This document shows, piece by piece, positions 10,634 to 23,684 of a DNA stretch of 64,000 nt. Both the position numbers and the translations under genes were made by a program. The notes beneath the pieces are model-generated. The model was not told where the DNA came from. It made no database searches and was given only the letters and a program-made list of their open reading frames with translations. The number at the start of each line of letters is the position of its first letter. Position 1 is the stretch's first letter. This DNA is from Eledone cirrhosa. Lineage: Eukaryota. The stretch lies in the NCBI GenBank assembly GCA_964016885.1, contig OZ024742.1, positions 168,578,001-168,642,000 on the forward strand, written 5' to 3'.

Positions 10634-13600
10634 AATCATTAAAATCCCATTAAAAATACATTAAAGGCCCATTAAAAACGCCATAAAAAATCCATTAAAA
10701 AAAATCCATTAAAAAAAAATTCAATCAAAAACCCATAAAAGAAACATTAAAACAGCATTTAAAAAACCCATTAAAAATTCATTAAAAAAATCCATTTAAA
10801 AAATCCATTAAAAATCCATTAAAAATCCATTAAAAATCCATTAAAAAAATCCATTAAAAAAAATCCATTAAAAAATCCATTAAAAATCCATTAAAAATCC
10901 ATTAAAAAATCCATTTAAAAAACCCATTAAAAAATCCATTTAAAAAATCCATTTAAAAAATCCATTAAAAAAAATCCATTTAAAAAAACCCATTAAAAAA
11001 AATCCATTAAGAAAATCCATTTAAAAAATCCATTAAAAAAAATCCATTAAAAAAAATCCATAAAAAAAAATCCATTAAAAAAAATCCATTAAAAAAAAAT
11101 CCGTTAAAAAAAATCCATTAAAAAAAAATCCGTTCAAAAAATCCATTAAAAGCTCAATCCCATTAAAAACGCCATAAAAATCATTAAAATCCAATTAAAG
11201 ATACATTAAAGGCCCATTAAAAACGCCATAAAAAATCCATTAAAAAAATCCATTAAAAAAACTCAATCAAAAACCCATAAAAGAAACATTAAAACAGCAT
11301 TTAAAAAATCCATTAAAAATCCATTAAAAAAATCCATTTAATAAAATCCATTAAAAAATCCATTAAAAATCCATTAAAAATCCATTAAAAATCCATTAAA
11401 AATCCATTAAAAATCCATTAAAAAACCCATTTAAAAAAATCCATTAAAAAAATCCATTAAAAAAATCCATTAAAAAAAGCCATTAAAAAAATCCATTTAA
11501 AAAAAGCCATTAAAAAAATCCATTAAAAAAAATCCATTAAAAATCCATTAAAAAAATCCATTTAAAAAAATCCATTAAAAACCCATTAAAAATCCATTAA
11601 AAAATCCATTAAAAAACACATTAAAAAAAATCCATTAGAAAAATCCATTTAAAAAATCCATTAAAAAAAAATCCATTTAAAAAACCCATTAAAAAAAATC
11701 CATTAAAAAAATCCATTTAAAAAATCCATTTAAAAAATCCATTAAAAAATCCATTTAAAAAATCCATAAAAAAAAACCATTAAAAAAAATCCATTAAAAA
11801 AAAATCCATTAAAAAAAATCCATTAAAAATCCATTAAAAAAAATCCATTTAAAAAAAATTCATTAAAAAATCCATTAAAAATCCATTAAAAATCCATTAA
11901 AAATCCATTAAAAATCCATTAAAAATCCATTTGAAAAACCCATTAAAAAAATCCATTTAAAAAACCCATTAAAAAAAGCCATTAAAAAATCCATTTAAAA
12001 AATCCATTAAAAAAAATCCATTTAAAACAACCCATTAAAAAAATCCATTAAAAAAAACCCATTAAAAAAAATCCATTAAAAAAATCCATTTAAAAAATCC
12101 ATTAAAAAAAATCCATTAAAAAAAATCCATAAAAAAATCCATTAAAAAAATCCATTAAAAATCCATTAAAAAAAATCCATTTAAAAAAGCCATTAAAAAA
12201 TCCATTAAAAATCCATTAAAAATCCATTTAAAAAACCCATTAAAAAAAATCCATTAAAAAAATCCATTTAAAAAATCCATAAAAAAAATCCATAAAAAAA
12301 ATCCATTAAAAAAAATCCATTAAAAAAAAATTCAATCAAAAACCCATAAAAGAAACATTAAAACAGCATTTAAAAAACCCATTAAAAATTCATTAAAAAA
12401 ATCCATTTAAAAAATCCATTAAAAATCCATTAAAAATCCATTAAAAATCCATTAAAAATCCATTAAAAATAATCCATTAAAAAAAAATTCAATCAAAAAC
12501 CCATAAAAGAAACATTAAAACAGCATTTAAAAAATCCATTAAAAAAATCCATTTAAAAAAATCCATTAAAAAAGCCATTAAAAATCCATTAAAAATCCAT
12601 TAAAAAAATCCATTAAAAAAAAATCCATTAAAAAAAATCCATTAAAAATCCATTAAAAAAATCCATTTAAAAAAATCCATTAAAAATCCATTAAAAACCC
12701 ATTAAAAATCCATTAAAAATCCATTAAAAATCCATTAAAAAATCCATTTAAAAAACCCATTAAAAAAATCCATTAAAAAATCCATTTAAAAATCCAGTAA
12801 AAAAAATCCATTTAAAAAAACCCATTAAAAAAAATCCATTAAAAAAATCCATTTAAAAAATCCATAAAAAAAAATCCATAAAAAAAATCCATTAAAAAAA
12901 ATCCATTAAAAAAAAAATCCGTTAAAAAAAATCCATTAAAAATCCATTAAAAATCCATTAAAAATCCATTAAAAATCCATTAAAAATCCATTTAAAAAAA
13001 TCCATTAAAAAAATCCATTAAAAAAATCCATTTAAAAAATCCATTAAAAAAAATCCATTAAAAAAAAATCCATTAAAAAAAATCCATTAAAAAAAATCAA
13101 TTTAAAAAAATCCATTAAAAATCCATTAAAAAAATCCATTTAAAAAAATCCATTAAAAACCCATTAAAAATCCATTAAAAATCCATTAAAAAATCCATTT
13201 AAAAAAACCATTAAAAAAAATCCATTAAAAAAATCCATTTAAAAAATCCATTAAAAAAAAATCCATTAAAAAAAACCCATTAAAAAAAATCCATTAAAAA
13301 AATCCATTTAAAAAATCCATTAAAAAAAATCCATTAAAAAAAACTCAATCAAAAACCCATAAAAGAAACATTAAAACAGCATTTAAAAAATCCATTAAAA
13401 ATCCATTAAAAAAATCCATTTAAAAAATCCATTAAAAAATCCATTAAAAATCCATTAAAAATCCATTAAAAAATCCATTTAAAAAAATCCATTAAAAAAA
13501 TCCATTTAAAAAATCCATTAAAAAATCCATTTAAAAAATCCATTAAAAAAAATCCATTAAAAAAAACCATTAAAAAATCCATTAAAAAAAATCCCATTAA

Positions 13601-16498
13601 AAATACATTAAAGGCCCATTAAAAACGCCATAAAAAATCCATTAAAAAAATCCATTAAAAAAAAACTCAATCAAAAACCCATAAAAGAAACATTAAAACA
13701 GCATTTAAAAAATCCATTAAAAAAATCCATTAAAAAAAATCCATTAAAAAATCCATTAAAAATCCATTAAAAATCCATTAAAAATCCATTAAAAATCCAT
13801 TAAAAAATCCATTAAAAATCCATTAAAAATCCATTAAAAATCCATTAAAAAATCCATTTAAAAAAATCCATTAAAAAAATCCATTAAAAAATCCATTTAA
13901 AAAATCCATTTAAAAAAATCCATTAAAAAAAATCCATTAAAAAAAAATCCATTAAAAAAAATCCATTAAAAAAAAAATCCGTTAAAAAAAATCCATTAAA
14001 AACTCAATCAAACACCCAATTAAAAGGCCATAAAAGAAACATTAAAACAGCATTTAAAATACCATTAAAAACGCCATAAAAATCATTAAAATCCAATTAA
14101 AGATACATTAAAGGCCCATTAAAAACGCCATAAAAAATCCATTAAAAATATCCATTAAAAAAACTCAATCAAAAACCCATAAAAGAAACATTAAAACAGC
14201 ATTTAAAAAACCCATTAAAAATTCATTAAAAAAATCCATTTAAAAAATCCATTAAAAATCCATTAAAAATCCATTAAAAATCCATTAAAAATCCATTAAA
14301 AATCCATTAAAAATAATCCATTAAAAAAAAATTCAATCAAAAACCCATAAAAGAAACATTAAAACAGCATTTAAAAAATCCATTAAAAAAATCCATTTAA
14401 AAAAATCCATTAAAAAAGCCATTAAAAATCCATTAAAAATCCATTAAAAAAATCCATTAAAAAAAAATCCATTAAAAAAAATCCATTAAAAATCCATTAA
14501 AAAATCCATTTAAAAAAATCCATTAAAAATCCATTAAAAACCCATTAAAAATCCATTAAAAATCCATTAAAAATCCATTAAAAAATCCATTTAAAAAACC
14601 CATTAAAAAAATCCATTAAAAAATCCATTTAAAAATCCAGTAAAAAAAATCCATTTAAAAAAACCCATTAAAAAAAATCCATTAAAAAAATCCATTTAAA
14701 AAATCCATAAAAAAAAATCCATAAAAAAAATCCATTAAAAAAAATCCATTAAAAAAAAAATCCGTTAAAAAAAATCCATTAAAAATCCATTAAAAATCCA
14801 TTAAAAATCCATTAAAAATCCATTAAAAATCCATTTAAAAAAATCCATTAAAAAAATCCATTAAAAAAATCCATTTAAAAAATCCATTAAAAAAAATCCA
14901 TTAAAAAAAAATCCATTAAAAAAAATCCATTAAAAAAAATCAATTTAAAAAAATCCATTAAAAATCCATTAAAAAAATCCATTTAAAAAAATCCATTAAA
15001 AACCCATTAAAAATCCATTAAAAATCCATTAAAAAATCCATTTAAAAAAACCATTAAAAAAAATCCATTAAAAAAATCCATTTAAAAAATCCATTAAAAA
15101 AAAATCCATTAAAAAAAACCCATTAAAAAAAATCCATTAAAAAAATCCATTTAAAAAATCCATTAAAAAAATCCATTTAAAAAATCCATAAAAAAAAACC
15201 ATTAAAAAAAATCCATTAAAAAAAAATCCATTAAAAAAAATCCATTAAAAAAAATCCATTAAAAATCCATTAAAAAAAATCCATTTAAAAAAAATTCATT
15301 AAAAAATCCATTAAAAATCCATTAAAAATCCATTTAAAAAAATCCATTTAAAAAATCCATTTAAAAAACCCATTACAAAAAATACATTAAAAAAAATCCA
15401 TAAAAAAAAAAGCCATTAAAAAAAATCCATTAAAAAAAATCTATTAAAAATCCATTAAAAATCCATTAAAAATCCATTAAAAATCCATTAAAAATCCATT
15501 AAAAATCCATTAAAAAGCCATTAAAAATCCATTAAAATCCATTAAAAATCCATTAAAAATCCATTAAAAATCCATTAAAAATCCATTAAAAAATCCATTT
15601 AAAAAAATCCATTAAAAAATCCATTTAAAAAATCCATTAAAAAAATCCATTAAAAAAAAATCCATTAAAAAAAAAATCCATTAAAAAAAATCAATTTAAA
15701 AAAATCCATTAAAAATCCATTAAAAAAATCCATTTAAAAAAATCCATTAAAAACCCATTAAAAACCCATTAAAAATCCATTAAAAATCCATTTAAAAAAC
15801 CCATTAAAAAAAATCCATTAAAAAAAATCCATTTAAAAAATCCATTAAAAAAAATCCATTAAAAAAACCCATTAAAAAAATCCATTAAAAAAATCCATTT
15901 AAAAAATCCATTAAAAAAAATTCATTAAAAAAAAATCCATAAAAAAATCCATTAAAAAAATCCATTTAAAAAAATCCATTAAAAAAAATCCATTAAAAAT
16001 CCATTAAAAAAATCCATTAAAAAAAATCCATTAAAAAATCCATTAAAAAACCCATTAAAAAAATCCATTTAAAAAACCCATTAAAAAAAGCCATTAAAAA
16101 ATCCATTTAAAAAATCCATTAAAAAAAATCCATTAAAAAAAACCATTAAAAAATCCATTAAAAAAAATCCCATTAAAAATACATTAAAAATCCATTAAAA
16201 ATCCATTAAAAAATCCATTAAAAATCCATTAAAAATCCATTAAAAATCCATTAAAAAATCCATTAAAAAAAATCCATTAAAAAAATCCATTAAAAAATCC
16301 ATTTAAAAAATCCATTTAAAAAAATCCATTAAAAAAAATCCATTAAAAAAAATCCATTAAAAAAAATCCATTAAAAAAAAAATCCGTTAAAAAAAATCCA
16401 TTAAAAACTCAATCAAACACCCAATTAAAAGGCCATAAAAGAAACATTAAAACAGCATTTAAAATACCATTAAAAACGCCATAAAAAATCATTAAAAT

Positions 16499-16554
16499 TG
16501 TTTTTTATGAAATTTATAATATGGCTTTTAATGAACTTTTTAATGGGCTTTTAG
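16499..16554 (-). repeat. Inverted 56-bp segment, copy 4 (GAACT allele)
   Basis: Identical string and flanks to copy 1. Confidence 0.95.
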
Positions 16555-17793
16555 AATCATTAAAATCCCATTAAAAATACATTAAAGGCCCATTAAAAAC
16601 GCCATAAAAAATCCATTAAAAAAAATCCATTAAAAAAAAATTCAATCAAAAACCCATAAAAGAAACATTAAAACAGCATTTAAAAAACCCATTAAAAATT
16701 CATTAAAAAAATCCATTTAAAAAATCCATTAAAAATCCATTAAAAATCCATTAAAAATCCATTAAAAAAATCCATTTAAAAAAATCCATTAAAAAATCCA
16801 TTAAAAATCCATTAAAAATCCATTAAAAAATCCATTTAAAAAACCCATTAAAAAAATCCATTTAAAAAATCCATTTAAAAAATCCATTAAAAAAAATCCA
16901 TTTAAAAAAACCCATTAAAAAAAATCCATTAAGAAAATCCATTTAAAAAATCCATTAAAAAAAATCCATTAAAAAAAATCCATAAAAAAAAATCCATTAA
17001 AAAAAATCCATTAAAAAAAAATCCGTTAAAAAAAATCCATTAAAAAAAAATCCGTTCAAAAAATCCATTAAAAGCTCAATCCCATTAAAAACGCCATAAA
17101 AATCATTAAAATCCAATTAAAGATACATTAAAGGCCCATTAAAAACGCCATAAAAAATCCATTAAAAAAATCCATTAAAAAAACTCAATCAAAAACCCAT
17201 AAAAGAAACATTAAAACAGCATTTAAAAAATCCATTAAAAATCCATTAAAAAAATCCATTTAATAAAATCCATTAAAAAATCCATTAAAAATCCATTAAA
17301 AATCCATTAAAAATCCATTAAAAATCCATTAAAAATCCATTAAAAATCCATTTAAAAAACCCATTAAAAAAATCCATTTAAAAAACCCATTAAAAAAAGC
17401 CATTAAAAAATCCATTTAAAAAATCCATTAAAAAAAACCATTAAAAAATCCATTAAAAAAAATCCCATTAAAAATACATTAAAAATCCATTAAAAATCCA
17501 TTAAAAAATCCATTAAAAATCCATTAAAAATCCATTAAAAATCCATTAAAAAATCCATTAAAAAAAATCCATTAAAAAAATCCATTAAAAAATCCATTTA
17601 AAAAATCCATTTAAAAAAATCCATTAAAAAAAATCCATTAAAAAAAATCCATTAAAAAAAATCCATTAAAAAAAAAATCCGTTAAAAAAAATCCATTAAA
17701 AACTCAATCAAACACCCAATTAAAAGGCCATAAAAGAAACATTAAAACAGCATTTAAAATACCATTAAAAACGCCATAAAAAATCATTAAAAT

Positions 17794-17849
17794 TGTTTTT
17801 TATGAAATTTATAATATGGCTTTTAATGAACTTTTTAATGGGCTTTTAG
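17794..17849 (-). repeat. Inverted 56-bp segment, copy 5 (GAACT allele)
   Basis: Identical string and flanks to copy 1. Confidence 0.95.
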
Positions 17850-19561
17850 AATCATTAAAATCCCATTAAAAATACATTAAAGGCCCATTAAAAACGCCAT
17901 AAAAAATCCATTAAAAAAAATCCATTAAAAAAAAATTCAATCAAAAACCCATAAAAGAAACATTAAAACAGCATTTAAAAAACCCATTAAAAATTCATTA
18001 AAAAAATCCATTTAAAAAATCCATTAAAAATCCATTAAAAATCCATTAAAAATCCATTAAAAAAATCCATTTAAAAAAATCCATTAAAAAATCCATTAAA
18101 AATCCATTAAAAATCCATTAAAAAATCCATTTAAAAAACCCATTAAAAAAATCCATTTAAAAAATCCATTTAAAAAATCCATTAAAAAAAATCCATTTAA
18201 AAAAACCCATTAAAAAAAATCCATTAAGAAAATCCATTTAAAAAATCCATTAAAAAAAATCCATTAAAAAAAATCCATAAAAAAAAATCCATTAAAAAAA
18301 ATCCATTAAAAAAAAATCCGTTAAAAAAAATCCATTAAAAAAAAATCCGTTCAAAAAATCCATTAAAAGCTCAATCCCATTAAAAACGCCATAAAAATCA
18401 TTAAAATCCAATTAAAGATACATTAAAGGCCCATTAAAAACGCCATAAAAAATCCATTAAAAAAATCCATTAAAAAAACTCAATCAAAAACCCATAAAAG
18501 AAACATTAAAACAGCATTTAAAAAATCCATTAAAAATCCATTAAAAAAATCCATTTAATAAAATCCATTAAAAAATCCATTAAAAATCCATTAAAAATCC
18601 ATTAAAAATCCATTAAAAATCCATTAAAAATCCATTAAAAAACCCATTTAAAAAAATCCATTAAAAAAATCCATTAAAAAAATCCATTAAAAAAAGCCAT
18701 TAAAAAAATCCATTTAAAAAAAGCCATTAAAAAAATCCATTAAAAAAAAATCCATTAAAAATCCATTAAAAAAATCCATTTAAAAAAATCCATTAAAAAC
18801 CCATTAAAAATCCATTAAAAAATCCATTAAAAAACCCATTAAAAAAAATCCATTAGAAATATCCATTTAAAAAATCCATTAAAAAAAAATCCATTTAAAA
18901 AACCCATTAAAAAAAATCCATTTAAAAAATCCATTTAAAAAATCCATTTAAAAAATCCATTAAAAAAATCCATTTAAAAAATCCATTAAAAAAAACCATT
19001 AAAAATCCATTAAAAAAATCCATTAAAAAAAATCCATTAAAAAATCCATTAAAAAACCCATTAAAAATCCATTAAAAATCCATTAAAAATCCATTAAAAA
19101 TCCATTTAAAAAACCCATTAAAAAAATCCATTTAAAAAACCCATTAAAAAAAGCCATTAAAAAATCCATTTAAAAAATCCATTAAAAAAAATCCATTAAA
19201 AAAAACCATTAAAAAATCCATTAAAAAAAATCCCATTAAAAATACATTAAAAATCCATTAAAAATCCATTAAAAAATCCATTAAAAATCCATTAAAAATC
19301 CATTAAAAATCCATTAAAAAATCCATTAAAAAAAATCCATTAAAAAAATCCATTAAAAAATCCATTTAAAAAATCCATTTAAAAAAATCCATTAAAAAAA
19401 ATCCATTAAAAAAAATCCATTAAAAAAAATCCATTAAAAAAAAAATCCGTTAAAAAAAATCCATTAAAAACTCAATCAAACACCCAATTAAAAGGCCATA
19501 AAAGAAACATTAAAACAGCATTTAAAATACCATTAAAAACGCCATAAAAAATCATTAAAAT

Positions 19562-19617
19562 TGTTTTTTATGAAATTTATAATATGGCTTTTAATGAACT
19601 TTTTAATGGGCTTTTAG
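19562..19617 (-). repeat. Inverted 56-bp segment, copy 6 (GAACT allele)
   Basis: Identical string and flanks to copy 1. Confidence 0.95.
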
Positions 19618-22270
19618 AATCATTAAAATCCCATTAAAAATACATTAAAGGCCCATTAAAAACGCCATAAAAAATCCATTAAAAAAAATCCATTAAAAAA
19701 AAATTCAATCAAAAACCCATAAAAGAAACATTAAAACAGCATTTAAAAAACCCATTAAAAATTCATTAAAAAAATCCATTTAAAAAATCCATTAAAAATC
19801 CATTAAAAATCCATTAAAAATCCATTAAAAAAATCCATTTAAAAAAATCCATTAAAAAATCCATTAAAAATCCATTAAAAATCCATTAAAAAATCCATTT
19901 AAAAAACCCATTAAAAAAATCCATTTAAAAAATCCATTTAAAAAATCCATTAAAAAAAATCCATTTAAAAAAACCCATTAAAAAAAATCCATTAAGAAAA
20001 TCCATTTAAAAAATCCATTAAAAAAAATCCATTAAAAAAAATCCATAAAAAAAAATCCATTAAAAAAAATCCATTAAAAAAAAATCCGTTAAAAAAAATC
20101 CATTAAAAAAAAATCCGTTCAAAAAATCCATTAAAAGCTCAATCCCATTAAAAACGCCATAAAAATCATTAAAATCCAATTAAAGATACATTAAAGGCCC
20201 ATTAAAAACGCCATAAAAAATCCATTAAAAAAATCCATTAAAAAAACTCAATCAAAAACCCATAAAAGAAACATTAAAACAGCATTTAAAAAATCCATTA
20301 AAAATCCATTAAAAAAATCCATTTAATAAAATCCATTAAAAAATCCATTAAAAATCCATTAAAAATCCATTAAAAATCCATTAAAAATCCATTAAAAATC
20401 CATTAAAAAACCCATTTAAAAAAATCCATTAAAAAAATCCATTAAAAAAATCCATTAAAAAAAGCCATTAAAAAAATCCATTTAAAAAAAGCCATTAAAA
20501 AAATCCATTAAAAAAAAATCCATTAAAAATCCATTAAAAAAATCCATTTAAAAAAATCCATTAAAAACCCATTAAAAATCCATTAAAAAATCCATTAAAA
20601 AACCCATTAAAAAAAATCCATTAGAAATATCCATTTAAAAAATCCATTAAAAAAAAATCCATTTAAAAAACCCATTAAAAAAAATCCATTTAAAAAATCC
20701 ATTTAAAAAATCCATTTAAAAAATCCATTAAAAAAATCCATTTAAAAAATCCATAAAAAAAAACCATTAAAAAAAATCCATTAAAAAAAAATCCATTAAA
20801 AAAAATCCATTAAAAAAAATCCATTAAAAATCCATTAAAAAAAATCCATTTAAAAAAAATTCATTAAAAAATCCATTAAAAATCCATTAAAAATCCATTT
20901 AAAAAAATCCATTTAAAAAATCCATTTAAAAAACCCATTACAAAAAATACATTAAAAAAAATCCATAAAAAAAAAAGCCATTAAAAAAAATCCATTAAAA
21001 AAAATCTATTAAAAATCCATTAAAAATCCATTAAAAATCCATTAAAAATCCATTAAAAATCCATTAAAAATCCATTAAAAAGCCATTAAAAATCCATTAA
21101 AATCCATTAAAAATCCATTAAAAATCCATTAAAAATCCATTAAAAATCCATTAAAAAATCCATTTAAAAAAATCCATTAAAAAATCCATTAAAAAATCCA
21201 TTTAAAAAATCCATTAAAAAAATCCATTAAAAAAAAATCCATTAAAAAAAAAATCCATTAAAAAAAATCAATTAAAAAAATCCATTAAAAATCCATTAAA
21301 AAAATCCATTTAAAAAAATCCATTAAAAACCCATTAAAAACCCATTAAAAATCCATTAAAAATCCATTTAAAAAACCCATTAAAAAAAATCCATTAAAAA
21401 AAATCCATTTAAAAAATCCATTAAAAAAATCCATTAAAAAAACCCATTAAAAAAATCCATTAAAAAAATCCATTTAAAAAATCCATTAAAAAAAATTCAT
21501 TAAAAAAAAATCCATAAAAAAATCCATTAAAAAAATCCATTTAAAAAAATCCATTAAAAAAAATCCATTAAAAATCCATTAAAAAAATCCATTAAAAAAA
21601 ATCCATTAAAAAATCCATTAAAAAACCCATTAAAAATCCATTAAAAATCCATTAAAAATCCATTAAAAATCCATTTAAAAAACCCATTAAAAAAATCCAT
21701 TTAAAAAACCCATTAAAAAAAGCCATTAAAAAATCCATTTAAAAAATCCATTAAAAAAAATCCATTTAAAACAACCCATTAAAAAAAATCCATTAAAAAA
21801 AACCCATTAAAAAAAATCCATTAAAAAAATCCATTTAAAAAATCCATTAAAAAAAATCCATTAAAAAAAATCCATAAAAAAATCCATTAAAAAAATCCAT
21901 TAAAAATCCATTAAAAAAAATCCATTTAAAAAAGCCATTAAAAAATCCATTAAAAATCCATTAAAAATCCATTTAAAAAACCCATTAAAAAATCCATTAA
22001 AAAAATCCATTTAAAAAATCCATTAAAAAAAATCCATTTAAAAAAACCCATTAAAAAAATCCATTAAAAAAATCCATTTAAAAAATCCATTAAAAAAAAT
22101 CCATTAAAAAAATCCATAAAAAAAATCCATTAAAAAAAATCCATTAAAAAAAAATCCGTTAAAAAAAATCCATTAAAAACTCAATCAAAAACCCAATTAA
22201 AAGGCCATAAAAGAAACATTAAAACAGCATTTAAAATACCATTAAAAACGCCATAAAAAATCATTAAAAT

Positions 22271-22326
22271 TGTTTTTTATGAAATTTATAATATGGCTTT
22301 TAATGAATTTTTTAATGGGCTTTTAG
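22271..22326 (-). repeat. Inverted 56-bp segment, copy 7 (GAATT allele)
   Basis: Identical to copy 2. Confidence 0.95.
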
Positions 22327-23628
22327 AATCATTAAAATCCCATTAAAAATACATTAAAGGCCCATTAAAAACGCCATAAAAAATCCATTAAAAAAATCCA
22401 TTAAAAAAAAACTCAATCAAAAACACATAAAAGAAACATTAAAACAGCATTTAAAAAATCCATTAAAAATCCATTAAAAAAAAATCCATTAAAAAAATCC
22501 ATTAAAAATCCATTAAAAAAATCCATTTAAAAAAATCCATTAAAAAATCCATTAAAAACCCATTAAAAATCCATTAAAAATCCATTAAAAATCCATTAAA
22601 AAATCCATTTAAAAAACCCATTAAAAAAATCCATTAAAAAATCCATTTAAAAATCCATTAAAAAAAATCCATTTAAAAAAACCCATTAAAAAAAATCCAT
22701 TAAAAAAATCCATTTAAAAAATCCATAAAAAAAAATCCATAAAAAAAATCCATTAAAAAAAATCCATTAAAAAAAAAATCCGTTAAAAAAAATCCATTAA
22801 AAATCCATTAAAAATCCATTAAAAATCCATTAAAAATCCATTAAAAATCCATTTAAAAAAATCCATTAAAAAAATCCATTAAAAAAATCCATTTAAAAAA
22901 TCCATTAAAAAATCCATTAAAAAAAATCCATTAAAAAAAAATCCATTAAAAAAAATCCATTAAAAAAAATCAATTTAAAAAAATCCATTAAAAATCCATT
23001 AAAAAAATCCATTTAAAAAAATCCATTAAAAACCCATTAAAAATCCATTAAAAATCCATTAAAAAATCCATTTAAAAAAACCATTAAAAAAAATCCATTA
23101 AAAAAAAATCCATTAAAAAAATCCATTTAAAAAATCCATTAAAAAATCCATTAAAAATCCATTAAAAATCCATTAAAAAATCCATTTAAAAAAATCCATT
23201 AAAAAAATCCTTTAAAAAATCCATTAAAAAATCCATTTAAAAAATCCATTAAAAAAAATCCATTAAAAAAAACCATTAAAAAATCCATTAAAAAAAATCC
23301 CATTAAAAATACATTAAAAATCCATTAAAAATCCATTAAAAAATCCATTAAAAATCCATTAAAAATCCATTAAAAATCCATTAAAAAATCCATTAAAAAA
23401 AATCCATTAAAAAAATCCATTAAAAAATCCATTTAAAAAATCCATTTAAAAAAATCCATTAAAAAAAATCCATTAAAAAAAATCCATTAAAAAAAATCCA
23501 TAAAAAAAAAAATCCGTTAAAAAAAATCCATTAAAAACTCAATCAAACACCCAATTAAAAGGCCATAAAAGAAACATTAAAACATCATTTAAAATACCAT
23601 TAAAAACGCCATAAAAAATCATTAAAAT

Positions 23629-23684
23629 TGTTTTTTATGAAATTTATAATATGGCTTTTAATGAACTTTTTAATGGGCTTTTAG
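23629..23684 (-). repeat. Inverted 56-bp segment, copy 8 (GAACT allele)
   Basis: Identical string and flanks to copy 1. Confidence 0.95.

Larger units (their letters stand above)
1020..15030 (+). repeat. ~14 kb segmental duplication, copy A (copy B ~28640-42775)
   Basis: Collinear rare markers at a ~27.6-27.7 kb offset: inserts 2443/30070, 9117/36800 and 10578/38295; CCATTTT ~5810/~33503; TCAATAAA ~8718/~36400; AACACATT ~11616/~39319; TTTGAAAAACC ~11931/~39645. Confidence 0.85.
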
